A DNA stretch of 40,327 bases from a virus. Its lineage: Duplodnaviria; Caudoviricetes. The translations under genes and the position numbers were made by a program. The notes below the pieces were generated by a model. That model saw nothing but the letters and a program-made list of their open reading frames with translations, searched no databases and was not told where the DNA came from. Location: the IMG/VR virus record IMGVR_UViG_3300020181_000018, positions 1-40,327 of that record; one strand, 5' to 3'. Each line of letters starts with the position of its first letter. Position 1 is the first letter of the stretch. This document shows, piece by piece, positions 15,701 to 23,912 of this stretch.

Positions 15701-17083
15701 GAGAACCATCCATCCAATATCCAGAACGGCAAAGACACCCATAAAGGTGCGCTTGAGTTCCTTCATGGTGTCAGCGGAAGGTTTCAGACTGTTAGCAAAC
15801 ATTCCAAAAGCACCGGCGATAGCCATGAGTCTCATGGCCGTAATGGGTGGGAAGATTTCTCTAAAGGCGCTCTGAATTGGCATAATGATCATATTGAACG
15901 CTTGCCAAATGGAAGAGAAGGCTTGAAGAATAACGTCTCGCCCACCCATATCAACGAAACTACGAATGAGATCGTTGCGTTCCTTAGCCATGTCGCCGAT
16001 GAGTCCACCGAGCTCGTTGTTGACCGCGGTCCACATGTCGGTAGCTGTGTTGAAGTCACCGATCAGAAGATCGAAGGTTTCAGACCAACCCGAACCAACG
16101 GATTCCTGCATGGTACCGAGGAGCTGCGTGAAGGTACGAACCTTCGTAGCTGCTTCCTCCGACATCTTCTGCTGGGCAGCAAAGCTTGCGATCTGAGCGT
16201 CAGACAGACCCAGAGAAGCCTGAGTCGCTGCGTCCATATCACCGGCCATGATCTTAAGATATGTCGACATGACATCGGCAGAGAGCCAGTTGTGCTCCAG
16301 TGAACCGTTGAAGTTCTCCGAAGCACCGATCGCGTCGATCGACTTACCCTCGAACGTGCCCATGGCTTCAGCGATCTCGATGAGACCATTCTGCATGTTC
16401 TTGTTGCCCATACCGACGTTCTGGAGGCTTCGCCAGTCCATGAGTCGGATAGTACCCGCAGAAAGTGCCTGAGAAAGCTGGTAAGCAGCGCCAGCAGCAC
16501 CCTGAGCCGAAGTACCCGAAGCCGCAGCCTCGTTGGAGAACCCCTTAATCATGGATGTTGCATCGCCGATCTTAATACCCGCGTTCGTGAACAGACCAAT
16601 GTTCTTGGTCATGTCACCGAAGTTATAGATCGTCTTATCGGCGTACTGGTTCAGCGCCTCGAGGTTAGCAGTAACCTCAGGAAGCTGAGTACCGTATCGA
16701 GCGGTGTTAGCAAGGATCGTCTGAATCGAGCCCATCTTAAGCTCATACTCAGCAAATCCAGCCCTGATCGGGTCGATCGTAAGAGACCGCATGATTGTGA
16801 GACCTGCGTCCACTGCTTTGTTGGCAATGTTGGCGAGCGCGGTAATTCCGATAACAGAAAGCGCTCCGAACTTGCCGGCAATGTCCTGCACCCCATTAGC
16901 AAGGTTTGCGAGGGAGAAGTTCTTTCCTGCTGCATCGAGATCGTTGAGACCCTTAGATGCCCCTTCGAGGTTGAGAGCCCTCTTCAGTTTGTCGAGTGCC
17001 GAGCTCGTGTCAGCGACGCCCTTCTGAAACTGGTCGCCGTTGAACTTCATTCCGACGATACGCTCGTCAATCTTGCTGCTCAT
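12779..17083 (-). CDS. Tape measure protein
   Basis: About 1430 aa, Ala/Gly-rich with periodic Trp repeats, N-terminal tape-measure domain (YQLSQALSAG), C-terminal LGIKSPSR. Start MSSKIDER at 17083 with an ATGA overlap. Confidence 0.97.
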   Translation of the reverse strand: MSSKIDERIVGMKFNGDQFQKGVADTSSALDKLKRALNLEGASKGLNDLDAAGKNFSLANLANGVQDIAGKFGALSVIGITALANIANKAVDAGLTIMRSLTIDPIRAGFAEYELKMGSIQTILANTARYGTQLPEVTANLEALNQYADKTIYNFGDMTKNIGLFTNAGIKIGDATSMIKGFSNEAAASGTSAQGAAGAAYQLSQALSAGTIRLMDWRSLQNVGMGNKNMQNGLIEIAEAMGTFEGKSIDAIGASENFNGSLEHNWLSADVMSTYLKIMAGDMDAATQASLGLSDAQIASFAAQQKMSEEAATKVRTFTQLLGTMQESVGSGWSETFDLLIGDFNTATDMWTAVNNELGGLIGDMAKERNDLIRSFVDMGGRDVILQAFSSIWQAFNMIIMPIQSAFREIFPPITAMRLMAIAGAFGMFANSLKPSADTMKELKRTFMGVFAVLDIGWMVLQQVIGLFGRLFGAATEGAGGVLGVTASIGDFLVKVRDAIKNGTALEKFFTSLGDALQWPIDRLRELGSWTIDAIGTWNLADAWEAVANAFRKIGEFLGPVWEELGNFFRDAKKVLGDFFKTLDFNVLVGLMNFGALGAIGIGLKKAFDFLKGKGIMGLLFGDKGDSGPGMIDTIKNVFGAITDTFSELQNTLKSATLIGIGIAIALITASVVALSFVDTGKLFITLGAMTIMFGQLSAMLVAIDKLTSAVKTHKVIGVAGALVLLAGAMILMSTAVLIMSTMDWLELARGLSGMAVGLGILVGASMMMNKVSGKLYFTAPALVLLAGAMLILSGAMKIFSTMSWDDILRAGTTLAAALGIMVGAMALVHSKVFAAASMVIISVAMNILAGAMKVFSTMSWDDILRATVAFAGAMAVMVGGMALMGALGGPGLLGAAAMLVVSAAITVLAGAMKIFSSFSWDEIGRGLVMLGGSLAILAGAMALMGIPLVALGGLALFVVSAGLMMLAPALAILGTMSWDAIGRGLTMLGASLAILAVGGLLLIPASVGFMLLGAAIVMIGGGLLMAGQAIFLFTAGFAALVAVAAMGAPQIKLALETIAASLPAMMASFAQGLIDFALVIAGGATEFTMAATTLIQAFLMGLQANGPLMIQTLTMLISEMLISAQTLIPQIVNLGITIVLAFINAMVTLIPAIANAGMLILIGVLDGIGRNIGKVVEKGTDIIVNFINGVAAGLPRIIQAGANLIISFVQGLADGINNNRARMQAAAGNLATAILDGMTNGLFSGVGRVIKAAADVASKALNAAKNFLGIKSPSREFFKVGAWSTEGMAVGLEKTAPVVERAAENVGNDALTAMRKSLSNLKNAVATDMDFNPTIRPVLDLSNVRKNSALIGGMLTPPTLKVDDSYAYAASIAESQREFEESRYGGDDDEPAGTTINFTQNNTSPKQLSAVEIYRQTNNGLSTIVKKGQPKDA

Positions 17084-17457
17084 GCAGTGGTCACCTCCGT
17101 CCAAAGGTCAGCTAGGATCTGTTCAAATATGGGCCGCATAACGGGATTGATGAAATCCTGCCCTCGGACGTAGCCGCCTGTGCCGGTACCGTGTCCGTAC
17201 TGGATGCCGATGACTACGGGGAATCCATTCTCGATGTCTGAGTTTGTCCAAACGATCTCGAACGATCCCCTGGAGCGTTTAATTTCATAGCCCCAGGAGA
17301 TCGATGCGAGACCTGAATCAACGGGAGTGGCCGCAGACAAAGCTTGGACCCCTTTTTGTGCCACGTTTTTAAGAACGTTCGCGAAGTCAAACTTAGACAT
17401 GCGCTTAAGGAAGCGATCGGTATTCCGAAAGTCTCCCTTATGTTCAAACGTGATCAC
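17080..17457 (-). CDS. HK97 gp10-like neck / tail completion protein
   Basis: TPVDSG...SW and QYGHGTGTGGYV...DFINP motifs. Confidence 0.75.
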   Translation of the reverse strand: MITFEHKGDFRNTDRFLKRMSKFDFANVLKNVAQKGVQALSAATPVDSGLASISWGYEIKRSRGSFEIVWTNSDIENGFPVVIGIQYGHGTGTGGYVRGQDFINPVMRPIFEQILADLWTEVTTA

Positions 17458-17476
17458 AGTTTACTCCCATTTTGAA

Positions 17477-17668
17477 TTAGTTTGTTGTGGGTTCCTCTAC
17501 GGGAGGTTCCTCTTCCGGAATGATTTCATACTGTCGAGCGAAGTCTTCTTCATTCAGAACGGCATAGACCATGTTGTCATCGATGCCGATAACGTTGATG
17601 ATTGGGACACCCATAGAAGGTCCCGGTTCGGTACGAAATCGCTTCTTAGATCGATACTCAATAGCCAT
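17477..17668 (-). CDS. Small hypothetical protein
   Basis: SD AAGGAG. Fills the gap in the tail operon. Confidence 0.7.
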   Translation of the reverse strand: MAIEYRSKKRFRTEPGPSMGVPIINVIGIDDNMVYAVLNEEDFARQYEIIPEEEPPVEEPTTN

Positions 17669-17677
17669 ACTTACTCC

Positions 17678-19213
17678 TTAAGGTATCCACATGCGTCCGT
17701 CCAGAGAATACCAGATATTGGAACCCTGCTGAAGGAGCACACCGCCTGCTTCATAGTGTCCCCCCTGAATTTCTCGAGTACTGCAAATGTCGATTCTTCC
17801 TCTTCCACCAGCAGCAACCGATGAGATGATGATTCGTCCATTATCAGGCCAGTACTCTTTATCCTTGAGAGAGAGTACCCTAGTGCCGAGTGTTCCGGAT
17901 CCGAGCAGCCCAGCGCTCATACGAAGTCCATCTTCTCGAAGAAGATAGGATGCTCGTGTGTAACTACTGGTATTATAGTTTATCCAACCGTTTATAAGAG
18001 CTCTTGGTGTCACCCAACCATTGTTTAGTCGAGCATCTGCGGTAACCCCTACCAGACCAGACAAGCCAAGCCACGCGCCGATTCCCCCGGGGTTATTAAT
18101 CTTGAATTGGATACCAACGGTTGGCGCGAATCCGAAGTGTGCAAAACCGTCGTTGCCGCAGCCTCGAAGATGTTGCGAGATATCTGCCCTATGGGTTGGC
18201 GGTAGAGTGAACATAATCGTATCATCGGCGCTAGTTGTGACTTTGACCTCAACAATGCCCCGGAACCATACCATTCCATATGGATCCTTCCAAAAGGAAG
18301 GTGCTCCAAAGGTGTCAACCCATAGTTGACGGGGACCAAAGTTAGCTCCCCATGCAGAACCGCCCTCCCCCACGGGCGTCCAGGTAGCAACCCCTGCTGC
18401 AGGCCATGCTAGTCCATCTAGAGAAATATATGAATTTGTGGCGGGCGGGCCTTGAAAGAGTATTGCACCGTCGGAAGCCCTAATACGGACAGTCCGAGCA
18501 GTATCTCCCATTTCACAGGCAATGATCAAATCTTTATCGGGAACACAATCCATCGAAATGTATCCCAGTACTGTATCCACAGTAACAGTGCCCACCAAAG
18601 CAATCAACCCGGAGAGAACTACGATTCCAGAAGGAAGTCTGACTGCTCTCGGAAAGGTGGAGAATACGTTTATTTGATTCTGTTCCCCATAAGTAGTGGC
18701 TGCAGCAGTCAGCTCAATGGGGTATGTTCCGTCCTCGACTTGACCAAGAATCACCCAGGTCGGTCCGCTTTTGAGAAGGCGAACCATACGTGACCCATTG
18801 GGTACATATTTACTGGCCCACTTGAGCTCGGTGTCTGTCCACACACCATTAAGCATCTTAACGAAAGTGTCTCCGCCTCGATATGCTGGCGGCAACATTC
18901 CGACCACTGTCTGGTCCGGAATTCTAGCCAAGTCGAACACGCCAGAATCTACCGCACTGGCAGGAATCTTCTTTACTTCAGCTTTGATCTGAAAAGGGCT
19001 AATATCACTACCGTTACCGCCTACAGTAACATCAACGGAAGCACTATCTTCAGCAACCATCTTGGCATTTGAAGCAATGCTTCCCGCATCGATCTGATCA
19101 CCGTTTCTCTGGGTGAGAATAAGGTGATTTTGAGGATCAACTTCCCCCGTGACGACGGTGGTATCTTCGATCTGCTTCATTCGAGTAGAATCGAAAAATG
19201 TTGCGGATCCCAT
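17678..19213 (-). CDS. Tail fibre / receptor-binding-like protein
   Basis: N-terminal HLILTQRNGDQIDAG, then three beta-rich repeats ([RK]..G[IM]V.[LF][SR]G...[FG].LP/P) typical of fibre heads. Confidence 0.7.
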   Translation of the reverse strand: MGSATFFDSTRMKQIEDTTVVTGEVDPQNHLILTQRNGDQIDAGSIASNAKMVAEDSASVDVTVGGNGSDISPFQIKAEVKKIPASAVDSGVFDLARIPDQTVVGMLPPAYRGGDTFVKMLNGVWTDTELKWASKYVPNGSRMVRLLKSGPTWVILGQVEDGTYPIELTAAATTYGEQNQINVFSTFPRAVRLPSGIVVLSGLIALVGTVTVDTVLGYISMDCVPDKDLIIACEMGDTARTVRIRASDGAILFQGPPATNSYISLDGLAWPAAGVATWTPVGEGGSAWGANFGPRQLWVDTFGAPSFWKDPYGMVWFRGIVEVKVTTSADDTIMFTLPPTHRADISQHLRGCGNDGFAHFGFAPTVGIQFKINNPGGIGAWLGLSGLVGVTADARLNNGWVTPRALINGWINYNTSSYTRASYLLREDGLRMSAGLLGSGTLGTRVLSLKDKEYWPDNGRIIISSVAAGGRGRIDICSTREIQGGHYEAGGVLLQQGSNIWYSLDGRMWIP

Positions 19214-19225
19214 TGATCCTCCTTC

Positions 19226-20005
19226 CTACAGAGAGCTGATGTGATAAGTGTGTACTCCGGTTTGGACTACAGAAGGCCACGGACCAATTTCCCAGAGATC
19301 TATTCCGATCATCTTGACAATATCATCGGGACCATCAATTGTGACGGTTCCATCCCCATGATTTGTCACACGAAGAATAGAAGCATTCTCGAACAGATTC
19401 AGGACTTCGGTTATGCTTGGAAATCTCGATTCGTTGTTGGCCGAACCATAGATAATGTCCTCGAACATAGCTACAGCCCAAGGATATGCGATGGCCGTGT
19501 TAATAATGAGATGTGCTGAAAATTCCCCGGAGGGAAGAATCTCAGGGACTGTTTCCAACTGCCATTCAAAGGGAATTGCTTCGTTGTTCGCGCCGATCGT
19601 GGAGAAGCCACGAGTGGAAGGCGACACCACGGCGTTATACACAAGATGAATGAGATGATGAGAATTGGAAGAGTGATCGTTTCCGACAGTTGTTCGATAC
19701 GACAGATTGAACATTTTGCGACGCTGTTGAGTTTGCCCCGAAATATCCAAGCCGTCATATCCTTCGAATTCTCGAGGATATGTATATGCTCTAATCAGAG
19801 CTGAGAAACTTCCATTCAGTCGTTGCTGTCGAAATTTCTCACCGTCAAAATAACCTTGACTAATGTCTCCTCCGGAAGGAGCCTCTGAAACTGCAATGAG
19901 GCCATTCCACGGGACTCCTACCCCTTCCACAGGATAGAAGACACCCCGGTCAATGCCGGTCTCGTAGAAGCGCTTGCCGGGCTCTCCCCACGCAAGTCTT
20001 GACAT
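19226..20005 (-). CDS. Major tail protein paralogue 3
   Basis: LAWGEPGKRFYETGIDRGV...WNGL...AYTYP...LSYRT...HLVYNA aligns with 22351..23235. Confidence 0.85.
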   Translation of the reverse strand: MSRLAWGEPGKRFYETGIDRGVFYPVEGVGVPWNGLIAVSEAPSGGDISQGYFDGEKFRQQRLNGSFSALIRAYTYPREFEGYDGLDISGQTQQRRKMFNLSYRTTVGNDHSSNSHHLIHLVYNAVVSPSTRGFSTIGANNEAIPFEWQLETVPEILPSGEFSAHLIINTAIAYPWAVAMFEDIIYGSANNESRFPSITEVLNLFENASILRVTNHGDGTVTIDGPDDIVKMIGIDLWEIGPWPSVVQTGVHTYHISSL

Positions 20006-20030
20006 GCAGGAGGCTCCTTCCGGTGGTTTA

Positions 20031-20945
20031 TTAAATGTACGTCCCGCTGACTTGAACTCCAGCGCTAACCGGGGTTGTGTTATTCGCCTGGGCTTCTTGC
20101 GTCATGGCTATAGCAAGCCCCGTAGTAAATCGCTTCCCCAAGCGTCCGAATATATGCACGTTGGTAAAGTTGGGAGAGATCGTGGCGATCGGCACATCTG
20201 TTCCCACGATAGGCGCACTGGCTTTATCGTAGAGTTTAATATAAACTTCAAATCCAGTCGGGTTGAATACCGAGAGTTCAAATAGATTACACGGCGAAGA
20301 CCGTAGCAATGTGGCGTTGGTGGATGCAGCCGAAATCAATGCGAATCCAGTCCCCGTCGGAGAGTTGGCTGTAACCGACCCACTAACGTTGAAAGTACCA
20401 GATCCAGTCACCGCATGAGGCTGAATACCAGGTATGGGTTCAGACGCATAGGTTCCGCGAATGATAGTCCACAGTGCAATTGCGTTGTTGGTCACTGAAG
20501 TTGTGCATCGGACTCGAAACCATCGAACCGCGTTAACCGAAAGCTCCCAAGCATATCCCTGACCCGTCCCCACAGCCAAAGAAGAAGCAGCGCGACCATT
20601 TTCAATGGTGTTACTGTCACTTCGAACTGCCTGAAGTGCGAACCAGGTACCGTCAGAGCCATCTGTCGAGTCGACAGATCCCTCAAAGACAAAAGCACCT
20701 GCAGCCATCGCGGCTGATCCTGTGTTTTTCACATGGAGCATCACGTTGGATGCGTCAGACACATCGGCAACAAGAGTGTTACCAGACGTCGTCAGTGCTC
20801 CCGAGATCGGTGCAAAATATCCCGGCTTAGTAGAAACCCGAAGCATACCGTTCGGATCGAGGGTTATAGGACCGATCTCGCCATCTACCATCACGGGCTC
20901 GACGAGCGTCGCCTTGGCTGCGAGAATGAGGTCTGTTTCAGCCAT
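20031..20945 (-). CDS. Minor tail or accessory structural protein, beta-rich
   Basis: Start MAETDL at 20945 behind AGGAG. FEGSVD...W...VRWFRVR suggests a jelly-roll-like domain. Confidence 0.7.
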   Translation of the reverse strand: MAETDLILAAKATLVEPVMVDGEIGPITLDPNGMLRVSTKPGYFAPISGALTTSGNTLVADVSDASNVMLHVKNTGSAAMAAGAFVFEGSVDSTDGSDGTWFALQAVRSDSNTIENGRAASSLAVGTGQGYAWELSVNAVRWFRVRCTTSVTNNAIALWTIIRGTYASEPIPGIQPHAVTGSGTFNVSGSVTANSPTGTGFALISAASTNATLLRSSPCNLFELSVFNPTGFEVYIKLYDKASAPIVGTDVPIATISPNFTNVHIFGRLGKRFTTGLAIAMTQEAQANNTTPVSAGVQVSGTYI

Positions 20946-20947
20946 TC

Positions 20948-21754
20948 CTACTCTCCTGTTACTAGAGTCAGCTTGGCGTAAGAGCCAGCTGAAGTGTCGA
21001 GCCACAGGACAGACTGTCCCGGGGCGGGTGTGGGTTTGATCGAGTGTCGGATAGCCGGTACCTTCTCGAATGCGAAAGTTCCACCCAACTGTTCACGATA
21101 CAGCTCGACTGTAATCAGCGAGTTGAATTGCTCAAGGATTTGAGGAACTGTAGGCAAAAATGGATCTGTCCCACCGCTACCATACAGCATTCCCTCAAAT
21201 TGTGACATGAGCGTCTTCGGGGTGTATCGAGAATCGATAATGAAGTGAGCACTGGGCCGATACCCAGTAATCTCCGGAGGAGTGGTCGTAATATCCCAAC
21301 TCATCGATGCCACCTGAGAGGAAGAATCAATCGTACGATAGTCGCGAGAAGTAGAAGAAGCAAGAGCGTTGTAAATCAAATGGATTTTGTACCCATGATC
21401 CACTCCTTCTTGATCGTTACCCACTCGAGTTCGATATGACAGACCGAACTGTTCCCGTCGCTGCTGAGTGATGAAGAGTCCGTTAAGGATACTCTGAGTT
21501 CCATCACATCTAGCGAATTCAGGCGGTGCCGAGAAAGCGGTGAGGCTAGCGGCGTACTCTTCCGACGAGGTCAAGTTGAGGTACTTGAATCCGTCCGCGT
21601 AAAAAGGTCGAGGCTGTCCGCCATCGGGTCTCTCATTGATTCCTGTAAGACCATTCCACGGAACACCCGGGCCGACTCGAGGATAGAGAACTCCTCGGTC
21701 GATACCGGACTCGAAGTAACGCTGCCCGATACCGCTCCAAACAAGCTCTGCCAT
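20948..21754 (-). CDS. Major tail protein paralogue 2
   Basis: LVWSGIGQRYFESGIDRGVLY...WNGLT...YADGFKYLNL...LSYRT...GYKIHLIY. Confidence 0.85.
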   Translation of the reverse strand: MAELVWSGIGQRYFESGIDRGVLYPRVGPGVPWNGLTGINERPDGGQPRPFYADGFKYLNLTSSEEYAASLTAFSAPPEFARCDGTQSILNGLFITQQRREQFGLSYRTRVGNDQEGVDHGYKIHLIYNALASSTSRDYRTIDSSSQVASMSWDITTTPPEITGYRPSAHFIIDSRYTPKTLMSQFEGMLYGSGGTDPFLPTVPQILEQFNSLITVELYREQLGGTFAFEKVPAIRHSIKPTPAPGQSVLWLDTSAGSYAKLTLVTGE

Positions 21755-21772
21755 TGGTTACTCCTTCCTGAG

Positions 21773-22312
21773 TCAGCCCGAGGTTCCGTGTTGTTTCTGT
21801 CGCTGCTTGTTAAGAGCGTGACGCTCAGCAGCACTCATCTTTGGCCTGTTCTTCTCAGGCATGTTCTTGAGGTTCATCACCTTGATAAGGGTGAACAACT
21901 GATTTAGATGACGAGTTTCATAGTCGAGAGGAATATTAAACGAGATCATCCAGTAACGAATGAGTTCGTTCGTAATCTTCTCTCGAGAGGGCGCATTAGG
22001 AATCTCCCTGAATGTGGTTGCCGTCATCTGATCTTCGATGTAATCGTTGATCTGTCTGACATTCTCTTCAGACAATCTAAGAAGAACTGATCCATCGATG
22101 TTTTCGTCCAAACACATAGCGTGAATGTACGCAAGTGTCTCTTCGGAAGTCTTTTCTTCCCTACCAAGAAAGGCTTTATGAAAGATTGACTCCCATTTTG
22201 AAAGGGAGACCAGGGAATGCTCGAGCACCAGAACAGTATCTTCGGTGTACACAAACTTTTCAGTTGTTTCGTCGAAGGACTCGACGCCTGGCACTGTAAT
22301 GCTAATGGGCAT
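21773..22312 (-). CDS. Tail assembly chaperone
   Basis: Follows the major tail gene. LEHSLVSLSKWES and ITNELIRYWM...HLNQL motifs. Confidence 0.75.
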   Translation of the reverse strand: MPISITVPGVESFDETTEKFVYTEDTVLVLEHSLVSLSKWESIFHKAFLGREEKTSEETLAYIHAMCLDENIDGSVLLRLSEENVRQINDYIEDQMTATTFREIPNAPSREKITNELIRYWMISFNIPLDYETRHLNQLFTLIKVMNLKNMPEKNRPKMSAAERHALNKQRQKQHGTSG

Positions 22313-22350
22313 TCCCCGGTCTCCTCTCTCAGATGTGGATCACCCCTTGA

Positions 22351-23235
22351 TCAAGCGGTGCGAGTGAACGACCAGTCGTCGTCCGAGCCCGCGGCGAACT
22401 TGTACGCACCCGATGCCGGCGTGGCACGGATGACGAGCGACTGACCGGCCGTAGGGATGGTAACGGTACCAGTGACGGCAGCGTTGTTGTCCGCACGACG
22501 GTAGGTGACACCGGTGACAGTCGGAATGGTGATGACACCGGTGGCCGGCACGAAGTCGGGCTCAATCGGAGTCACGTCATCCTGACCACCAGCGAAGATC
22601 GCGATGACCTCGTCCGGCAGGGGGAGGCGAGCGTTGGTACCATCGGTACCGTAGAGCGCGTCCTCGAGCGAGGCAAGGTTTTCGGCCGACACCTTGGTCG
22701 AATCGATGGTGATGATTGCGGTGGGCTTAAGACCGGTAACGGGCACGGGGGTGGTCGTAACCTCCCACGAGAACGTGATGGCCTCAGGCGAATCATTGAT
22801 GGTTGCGAACGCCTTCTCCGACGGTGCGGCGAGAGCGCCGTACACGAGGTGCAGCTTGTAGCCGAAATCAGCACCGAGAGTGTCGTTGCCGAGGCGGGTA
22901 CGGTATGAGAACCCAAAGGTTCGACGAGCCTGCTGTCCGATCGACACGCCCTCGGAGGGACGCGCGGTACCGTCGACGAGCGCAAACTCATCAGGATACG
23001 TGTACGCCTCAATAGTTGCGCCAAACTCTTCGGCGGAAACGAGGTTGAGGTACTTGATGTTGTCGGCGTAGAGAGCTGTGGCCTCGGCACCCGAAGGCGA
23101 CTCGGTCACGGCCGTCAGACCATTCCACGCGTATCCGGTGTCGTAAACACCGTTTGTGGGAATGTACAGCACGCCTCGGTCGACACCGGTCTCGTAGAGA
23201 CGCTCACCGGTCCCGTCCCAGGTAAGTACAGCCAT
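22351..23235 (-). CDS. Major tail protein with a C-terminal Ig-like domain
   Basis: WDGTGERLYETGVDRGVLY...YADNIKY...EAYTYPDEF...TINDSPEAITFSW. Strongly GC3-biased codons. Confidence 0.93.
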   Translation of the reverse strand: MAVLTWDGTGERLYETGVDRGVLYIPTNGVYDTGYAWNGLTAVTESPSGAEATALYADNIKYLNLVSAEEFGATIEAYTYPDEFALVDGTARPSEGVSIGQQARRTFGFSYRTRLGNDTLGADFGYKLHLVYGALAAPSEKAFATINDSPEAITFSWEVTTTPVPVTGLKPTAIITIDSTKVSAENLASLEDALYGTDGTNARLPLPDEVIAIFAGGQDDVTPIEPDFVPATGVITIPTVTGVTYRRADNNAAVTGTVTIPTAGQSLVIRATPASGAYKFAAGSDDDWSFTRTA

Positions 23236-23248
23236 GATTACTTCCTTT

Positions 23249-23584
23249 CTAGAAGTAGAGAGAGTAAACTCGGTGGTTCAGGCCTTCCGATGCGAATGCA
23301 CGGCTGAATGTGCACATGGGAAGGTTTTCGACCAGACGAGACGCCGGAACATCCGGATTCCTGTCAATAATCGTTACCTGATACCGATCAATTCGACGAT
23401 GGGGACGATTGTCTGCATAGATGACATCTTGATTATCCATCTCATACACGATTGCCGGGTAGTGAATGAAAATCTTGTCATCGGGCTGGAAGTAAACCTG
23501 GCGCGTCCCCAAGAAAGACACAAAGATCTCGTTGAGTTCTTCACGCTTAGTTATCGGGGGCGTTGGAGGCGGCAGTGGGACCAC
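23249..23584 (-). CDS. Tail terminator
   Basis: VYFQP...YPAIVY...RYQVTIIDRNPD...GLNHRVY. Lies between the stopper and major tail genes. Start uncertain. Confidence 0.75.
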   Translation of the reverse strand: MVPLPPPTPPITKREELNEIFVSFLGTRQVYFQPDDKIFIHYPAIVYEMDNQDVIYADNRPHRRIDRYQVTIIDRNPDVPASRLVENLPMCTFSRAFASEGLNHRVYSLYF

Positions 23585-23891
23585 GGTACACCTCCCCCAG
23601 ACTGAAAATGAGTCGGGGTCGCTCTTCGTCGACCTTCGTCACGTACCAGAGAACGCCCTTCCATTCGACGAATCTAATGGCATAGACATTCTCAGATGCG
23701 TAGTCGTCGGCCAACACACTGATACGGTTCGTCGTTAGGGTATTACGATGAACCTGGCCGTCCTCGTTAAAGGAACGGCCGGGGCGGAGGACGTCACCAT
23801 AGAGCGAGCGCTCAGTGATGACGTCCTCCATAACACCCGGACGAACTTCTACAGTGTGGCCGAAGCCGACCCTACCATAGAATCGTGCCAT
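23547..23891 (-). CDS. Head-to-tail stopper / head closure protein
   Basis: MARFYGRVGF...NRISVLAD...WKGVLWYVT...RPRL. Directly after the capsid gene. Confidence 0.75.
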   Translation of the reverse strand: MARFYGRVGFGHTVEVRPGVMEDVITERSLYGDVLRPGRSFNEDGQVHRNTLTTNRISVLADDYASENVYAIRFVEWKGVLWYVTKVDEERPRLIFSLGEVYRGPTAASNAPDN

Positions 23892-23912
23892 TTTGAAGGA
23901 TTACTCCTGGTC

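Noticed and set aside
21571-22312. Programmed frameshift in the tail assembly chaperone
   Set aside because: No clear slippery heptamer near the 3' end, and the alternative frame (21571..21834) runs deep into the next tail gene.
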